DNA of 63,508 nucleotides, counting the filler. It is 6 parts of 6 records of this genome, joined end to end, with 100 filler letters (N's around TTAATTAATTAA, not from the genome) between each part and the next. Parts side by side here need not be neighbours in the genome. Positions count along the whole stretch, not along the records: positions 58,079 to 63,508 come from SRR31156797_17711; 5 more parts are not named here. One strand, given 5' to 3'. Under the pieces are notes generated by a model. It ran no database searches and was not told the DNA's origin. It saw only the letters and a list, made by a program, of their open reading frames with translations. Positions 58,079-63,508 of this stretch are shown in pieces. Position numbers and translations under genes: made by a program. The stretch's first letter is position 1; each line of letters starts with the position of its first letter.

Positions 58079-60305
58079 AGTTCGCCAGCGCCACGGCGAC
58101 GCCCTGGCGGGCAAACCATTTCGCAATACCCACAGTCATCGGATCGGACTTGCCGCCGGCCTGGATCCCACCGCCGTGAAACCACAGCAAGGTCGCGAAA
58201 TCCTTCGCACCTTCGGGGACATACAGATCCAGCTTGCAGCGTTCGGTTTCATAGGCCGTCAAGCTCCCTCCCGTCTTGTAGGCAATGCCCGAAACGATGT
58301 CCACCGACGGCGCCTCCTGCATCGGCGTACCAAGACCCACCCTCTCAATTTTGGCGACCCAGCCGCCGCCCGGCGCCAGGTTGAGATGCACGGTCTGGCC
58401 CTGCTTGACCCGCTGGGCTTCTTTCTGGTAGTCGATAGCGCGGACATCGGCATTGATCCCATCCCGGATGGCTTCCATTCGATAGGCCCCTGCGCCGAGG
58501 AAATCCAGCGTCAGGTCGAATTGCCGACGGTCCCAATCCGTGATCGCGCCGACAAACCAGGTCTCGCCTCGCCGCCGGGCCAGCACGACATAGTCTCCGA
58601 CCTTGGCCTCCAGCACGCGCGTCTCGTCCCATTCGACCGGAATCTGGGCGAGAAAATCGGTGCATTCGTGTTCGCGATAGTAGTCCGACGGTGCATCGGG
58701 CAGCATCTGCATCGGACTCTCCATGATCACGAACAACGCCAGGTCGTGAGCTCGCGTGCCGAGTCCCATGGGTCTGTCTCCCACCGGGCGGAAGTTGTGC
58801 TTCTGGGCGTTGTTCATGGTGCCGGGGATGTAGTCCATGGGGCCGGCCACCATGCGAATGAACGGCAGCAGCGCGTGATGCTCCGGATTGGCGCGATCGC
58901 TCCAGCCGTTCTGCTCCACCTCGATCAGTCCCTCGCGCGTCAGCACGTTGGGATAGGCGCGGCGCAGCCCGCACGGCTTGTAGGCGCCGTGGAAGTCGAT
59001 GACCATGTGCCGCTCGGCCGCTTCTTTGGCAATCCGGTGATAGAAGTTGACCATCTTCTGATCGTCGCGGTTCATGAAGTCGATCTTGATACCCTCGATC
59101 CCCCACTGGGCGAAGCGATCCAGCGCCGCCTCGCACTGGCGGTCCAGAGTGGCCCAGATCACCCACAGCATGATCCCGACCCCCTTCTGCTTCGCGTAGG
59201 CACAGACTTCCTCCATGTCCAGATCGGGATTGATCTTGAACAGGTCGGCCCCGTCGGACCACCCATCATCGAACAGGAAGTACTCGAAGCCATACTCGGC
59301 GGCGAAATCGATGAAGTACCTGGCGGTAGCGGTGTTGATACCGGCCTTGAAATCGACGCCATAGATGTTGCGCCGGCCCCACCAATCGAATGTCACCACG
59401 CCCGGTTTGATCCAGGAGATGTCGTCCAGCGCCAGCGGCGGCGCCAGCAGATAGACGAGTTGATTCGTAATCAGGTCCCCATCCTCGCGTGCCAGCGCCA
59501 GGACCCGCCAGGGATAGGTCCGAGTGCCCTGGGTCCTGGCGATATAGTCGGCGTGTTCTGTGACCCGGCCATGCCCATAAGCGCGGCCTTCATGCGACTC
59601 TTCCAGTGGATAGCCCGCAAAGGCGGCATCCAGAGAGGCTTGCCCTGTGCCGCGCAGCCACAGGCCCGGATAGTCGGCCAAGTCCGACTCGGTGATGAGC
59701 ACCTTGGGGCCGCTCGGAAGCGTCACCAGCGCCGGCAGGCAAGACAAGTCCTCAAACTTCAGGTCGCTCACCGCTTGTTCGGCGTAAGACTCCTCGTAAC
59801 TGGAGCGAAAGCCTTTTTCTTTCTGGCAGACGATCGAGGCCTCGTCGGCGAACGTGAATCGGGCATTCTCAGAGCCAACGACAATGTCGCCCGGCAGAGA
59901 TGTCGCGAATCGATAGGCAACGCCATTGTCGTAGGCCCTAAACGTCAAAGCAAAGTCTGCTTTAAAGGTCAGTTTCAACTCGTTGTAGCATTCCGGAATC
60001 ACCGCGCTCTTCTCGCGAATCTCCGGCCTGACCTCCCGCGCAACCGCTTCACGATCCACGCCCGTGACCTGAGCCTCCGGCCCCAAGACACTCCCATCGG
60101 CCAGCTTCATGGCCAGTCCTGAAACACGGACGGCCTGCTTATCGTCCACCAGCACGGAGAACCCGATCTGCCCAGCCACCTCGACCTTGACCGTCACGGT
60201 TTCGTCGGGGCAGCGCAATTCGTAGCTCTCACAGAACCCCACACCGGCGCCCAACAGCAGCATCGCCACGGCAGCCAAACACGCAGAAATAGCCTTCCCA
60301 TCCAT
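58079..60305 (-). CDS. Glycoside hydrolase family 97 fused to a C-terminal alpha/beta-hydrolase domain (3' end truncated)
   Basis: FRAYDNGVAYRF, SWIKPG, GIKIDF, DFHG, TREG, FIRMVAGPMDYIPG, VEWDETR; followed by LDLYVP...WFHGGG. Confidence 0.9.
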
Positions 60306-60366
60306 CAGTCAGATTCTCCTCAACTTGCTTCGTATGACAACGTAACTGTTTGTCGGGGGCATGCGC

Positions 60367-60468
60367 CTATTTGTTGCGCTTGCGGATGGCGATGCTGATA
60401 CAATAGGCCAGCCCGCCGTACAAAACCAGACAACCGAACACAAACATGATCCACGCCGATATCGGCAT
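60367..60468 (-). CDS. MetS-type small subunit of NSS transporter (33 aa)
   Basis: Not in the ORF track. AGGAGG RBS, MPISAWIMFVFGCLVLYGGLAYCISIAIRKRNK*, directly after the NSS gene. Confidence 0.8.
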   Translation of the reverse strand: MPISAWIMFVFGCLVLYGGLAYCISIAIRKRNK

Positions 60469-60480
60469 CGCATACCTCCT

Positions 60481-61971
60481 TTATTCAGGCTTCGCTTTCG
60501 CCGGACGTTTCCACAGCCAATAGCCCAGGACCACCCAAAACAGGAGGGTCCCCCAGCCGCCCACGAGCGTGGCCCAACGCGGGTATCCCTCGTAGCCCGC
60601 TGTGACCTCCTGGATCAAGTTGCCCACCAGGATCACCAGTAACACCCCGGGCGTAACATAGCGCAGCATCCAGATCCACCACGAGCCCAGCCGCACTTCG
60701 GACTGATCGTTCAAGTAGTCGCGGAACCCGCGCACGGGGTAAAGAAAACCCACCGCGATGCACTGCACGAGGCCCGAGATCACCAGGCCAAAATCACAGA
60801 TCCACTTATCGACAATATCGAACCAGTAGAACCCACCCCGCGTGATGAAAATCAGCGAGGTGGGAAACGCGACCAGCACGAAATAGCGGGCGAGCTTCTC
60901 CGGCGGGACATGCCACTTGTCGTGGAACCCGGTCGTGAAGGCTTCCTGCAGCGCAAAGGCTGAATCGATCCCGAGCGTTAGAAGCGTTACAAAGAAGATC
61001 ACGCCGAAGACGGCGTTGAGCGCCGGCAACTGACTGATCGCGGTCGGAAAGGCGACGAACGCCAGACCGGTCCCGCTGGTAGTGACATCCGGGACCGGCA
61101 GGCCCTGGACCTTCGCTAGATAACCCAGCATGGAAAACACCACGAAGCCGGCGAAGAAACTCGTGCCGCAGTTGGCCAGGCCCGTAATCAGCGCGCTGTT
61201 GGTAACCTCAGCCTTCTTGCCCAGGTAGGACCCGTAACCAATCATGACGCCGGAGGCCAGACTGAGCGAAAAGAAGATCTGCCCGTAGGCCCGCAGCCAG
61301 ATCTTCACATCGGTCAGCTTGCTGAAATCGGGCGTCAGGTAGTAGCGAATGCCATCCATCGCACCGGGCAACGTCAGGCCGCGAATCAGAAGAACAGTCA
61401 ATAGTAGCATCGGCAGTGGAACCGTGATCATGACCACCTTGCTGACACTCCGCACACCTTTGCGCAGGATCAGATAGATCGTCAGCCAGGTCAGGCCCAT
61501 ACCCAACACCAGCGAAGGGACCAGCCCGCCTATTTCGCCCGGTCCCGAAGATCGCCGCAGAACCGTATCAAAGAAGAACGCCTCCGGGGTCTGCCCCCAA
61601 GTCTGGCCCACCGAATGCCACAGGTAGACCCAGGCCCAGGCCAGAATCGTCGAGTAGTAGATCACGATGGCCGCACTGAGCCCGGCCGCCCACCAGCCGA
61701 ACCATTGCAGCGGCTTGCGTACGCCGGCGAAAGCCAGTGGCGCCCCTTTCTGAAGCCGCTGGCCCAGTCCCATCTCCAGGATCAACATCGGAATGCCGGC
61801 GGTAAACAGCGCCACGAAATAGGGGATCAGGAAGGCCCCGCCGCCACTGGAGTAGGCGACGTACGGAAAACGCCAGACGTTTCCCAGACCCACGGCCGAG
61901 CCGACGGCCGCCATGATGAACGCGGTTCTGCTGTGCCATTGCTGGCGAATTTCGGTCATAAGCTTGCTCAC
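60481..61971 (-). CDS. Sodium-dependent transporter, NSS/SNF family
   Basis: GSAVGLGNVWRFPY, GGGAFLIPY, QIFFSLS, GLAFVAFP, LGIDS. Confidence 0.95.
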   Translation of the reverse strand: MSKLMTEIRQQWHSRTAFIMAAVGSAVGLGNVWRFPYVAYSSGGGAFLIPYFVALFTAGIPMLILEMGLGQRLQKGAPLAFAGVRKPLQWFGWWAAGLSAAIVIYYSTILAWAWVYLWHSVGQTWGQTPEAFFFDTVLRRSSGPGEIGGLVPSLVLGMGLTWLTIYLILRKGVRSVSKVVMITVPLPMLLLTVLLIRGLTLPGAMDGIRYYLTPDFSKLTDVKIWLRAYGQIFFSLSLASGVMIGYGSYLGKKAEVTNSALITGLANCGTSFFAGFVVFSMLGYLAKVQGLPVPDVTTSGTGLAFVAFPTAISQLPALNAVFGVIFFVTLLTLGIDSAFALQEAFTTGFHDKWHVPPEKLARYFVLVAFPTSLIFITRGGFYWFDIVDKWICDFGLVISGLVQCIAVGFLYPVRGFRDYLNDQSEVRLGSWWIWMLRYVTPGVLLVILVGNLIQEVTAGYEGYPRWATLVGGWGTLLFWVVLGYWLWKRPAKAKPE

Positions 61972-62007
61972 TCTCCGATGACGATTAAGTCGCAGACGGG
62001 CGCCCGT

Positions 62008-63508
62008 CTACTCGGCGCGGCGTATCCTCAGGGCCATGTAGGGCCGGCCCGGCAGATCGATCTGGGCCCGATCCTTGTCGATGCAGGTGTAGCGATCCAA
62101 CACCTCCACCTCAAAGACTCGCTCGACCGGCGTAATCGTCATGTTCCACGTGTCGATGACGTCAGCTCGGAAGCGCCTCCCCGCCTCCAACTCGGAATCA
62201 GGTAGCTGGAAGGCCCACTGCGTCGGCGTCTCCTTGCCGAAATAGATCAGGTAGTATTGGCCCAATTCACCTGCCATGTTGTCTTCGTAGTACTGGTCAA
62301 TCGGGTTCAGCCCCCCGGCCGGTCCGGCCTCAACGAGCCTCCGCAGAAACGCGATGCGGGCCGGGCTCTTCCCCTGCAAGCGGCCCCCGCGCGAGATCCA
62401 GCCATCGCCATCGGGCTGCGGGCGCGTCTCGCCATGTGTGGCATACGCCCCGCCAATAACAGCCGACCAGAAGCGAAAGACCATTTCCTCGCCCGTCAGT
62501 TGTCCCCAGCGTTTGGCGATCGTGCCTTCGTAATTGATCTCATCGTGCACGATGGGCTTGCGATAGATGTCCCGCAGCAAGGGCGAGACGCCCAGGGCGC
62601 GCACGGCCATGTAGTATTGCAGGCTGACGTGTGTCACCCAGGGCTTGCGATGGTCGTAGATCCGGCCTGCGTTGTGGATCGAACGCAAGTGCTGATACGG
62701 ATCGGCCTCCTGGACAACCTGAAACAAATGGTCCCAGTCCTCATCGGTCAGGTGCCGGATGAAACTGTTCTCGTTGGCCAGTGACCACCAGACGTTGCGA
62801 TAGGCGGCGAAGCGCGCCACGACGTAACGCACGAACCGCTCGTTCGTGGCCGCGTCCGTCGTGTCGAACCCCCACTTGCCGCCATCGTAGGGCCGAAACA
62901 GGATCATGTCCGCCTCGATCCCCAACGTGCCGAGCTGCGCGACGCAGGTCTCCAGCCGCCGGAAATATTCCGGATCGAACCGCGAGAAATCCCAGTTCTC
63001 TTTTGAGGTCCCGGGGAAAGGATAGCGATCCAGTGCCCCGGGGCCTTCGACGTAGCTCTGTCGCCAGGGCGGGACCGCCAGGAAGCGGACCTTGTTGAAC
63101 GGGGCGCTCTTCAGCGTCTCGACCGTCTGGCGCCGACTCTCCTTCGATTGGAATGGCCACTCGTAAACCGTCGTGCCGAACGGGTAGAACGGCGTTCCGT
63201 CTTCGTAGACAAAGTGGTATTGGCTCCGTACGCGCACGGGGCCATGGTTGCCGGGAGAAGGCGCAGTACAGGTGAATTGCCCTTCTTTGCCGTTCAGTGC
63301 CGCGCGATTGCTCTTGGTCTCGAACGTCCAGAGCCCTTCGCGATCGGGCATGAAGCGAATCTTGAACGTACCGATCCCATCATAGAACCCGTGCGGCTCG
63401 AACGTATGCTCTCCTTGCCGAAAGACCGCACTGAACTCGACGCCGACGAATGGATTGCCCCCCGTCGGGCCCGGCAGCGCCAGTTCAAAGACATCCCATT
63501 TCTCGACC
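62008..63508 (-). CDS. DUF5060/DUF4038/DUF5605 putative glycoside hydrolase (5' end beyond the window)
   Basis: The frame stays open to the window edge: VEKWDVFEL...NPF...GFYDG...RFMP; GTPFYPFGTT, WWSLANE, SIHN, DEINYEG. Confidence 0.85.
   Translation of the reverse strand, partial: VEKWDVFELALPGPTGGNPFVGVEFSAVFRQGEHTFEPHGFYDGIGTFKIRFMPDREGLWTFETKSNRAALNGKEGQFTCTAPSPGNHGPVRVRSQYHFVYEDGTPFYPFGTTVYEWPFQSKESRRQTVETLKSAPFNKVRFLAVPPWRQSYVEGPGALDRYPFPGTSKENWDFSRFDPEYFRRLETCVAQLGTLGIEADMILFRPYDGGKWGFDTTDAATNERFVRYVVARFAAYRNVWWSLANENSFIRHLTDEDWDHLFQVVQEADPYQHLRSIHNAGRIYDHRKPWVTHVSLQYYMAVRALGVSPLLRDIYRKPIVHDEINYEGTIAKRWGQLTGEEMVFRFWSAVIGGAYATHGETRPQPDGDGWISRGGRLQGKSPARIAFLRRLVEAGPAGGLNPIDQYYEDNMAGELGQYYLIYFGKETPTQWAFQLPDSELEAGRRFRADVIDTWNMTITPVERVFEVEVLDRYTCIDKDRAQIDLPGRPYMALRIRRAE

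Noticed and set aside
58176-60122. 648-aa ORF on the + strand, and the 305-aa ORF at 58345-59262
   Set aside because: Shadow frames of the GC-rich GH97 gene with no recognisable motifs.
1-63508. CRISPR arrays, tRNA/rRNA genes, integrases or transposases
   Set aside because: No repeat-spacer periodicity, cloverleaf or rRNA signature, or recombinase motif was seen by eye; a tRNAscan/Infernal run would be needed to exclude small RNAs.

Overview
This window is not one locus. It is six unrelated contigs joined by five identical 100-nt artificial spacers (44 N + TTAATTAATTAA + 44 N), so neighbourhood arguments hold only within a contig. Taxonomic labels are inferred from gene content and composition. 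(1) 1-8398: AT-rich Campylobacterota (Arcobacter-like) housekeeping block with glcD, a PgbA-like gene, bcp, cmoA, a YyaL-like gene, ribF, tlyA, yigZ and a partial secretin. (2) 8499-23197: Bacteroidota. It carries two paralogous GLUG-type surface proteins (one with a T9SS-type tail), a PID-CTERM-like micro-protein, a TPR-TM-LuxR regulator, an unannotated 50-aa ORF, a GT2, miaA, an SDR, a PLP Cys/Met lyase with an Lrp regulator, and a TrkA-C protein. (3) 23298-28556: fecI-fecR-TonB receptor-DUF4198 module and partial tex, probably Desulfobacterota. (4) 28657-45666: Desulfobacterota hdrA-mvhD-(Cys-rich ORF)-hypFCDEAB, DUF2284, a Cache/PAS hybrid kinase, a broken DHH-like gene, an AI-2E transporter and an mltC remnant. 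(5) 45767-57978: Methanosarcinaceae-like archaeon with larA, an AT-rich two-gene islet (HhH glycosylase-like + class III nucleotidyl-cyclase-like), LysE, and a MacB/LolCDE-type ABC + Yip1 + COG1361 + PGF-CTERM cluster. (6) 58079-63508: GC-rich bacterium with a DUF5060/DUF4038 protein, an NSS transporter with MetS-type small subunit, and a GH97-esterase fusion. The best candidates for something undescribed are the archaeal glycosylase+cyclase islet (possible defence pair), the Bacteroidota peptide/TPR-sensor/surface-protein module, two structured intergenic elements, and a probable ATC start for larA. No CRISPR array, rRNA, tRNA or intact transposase was seen. All calls are by eye from motifs; no database searches were run.
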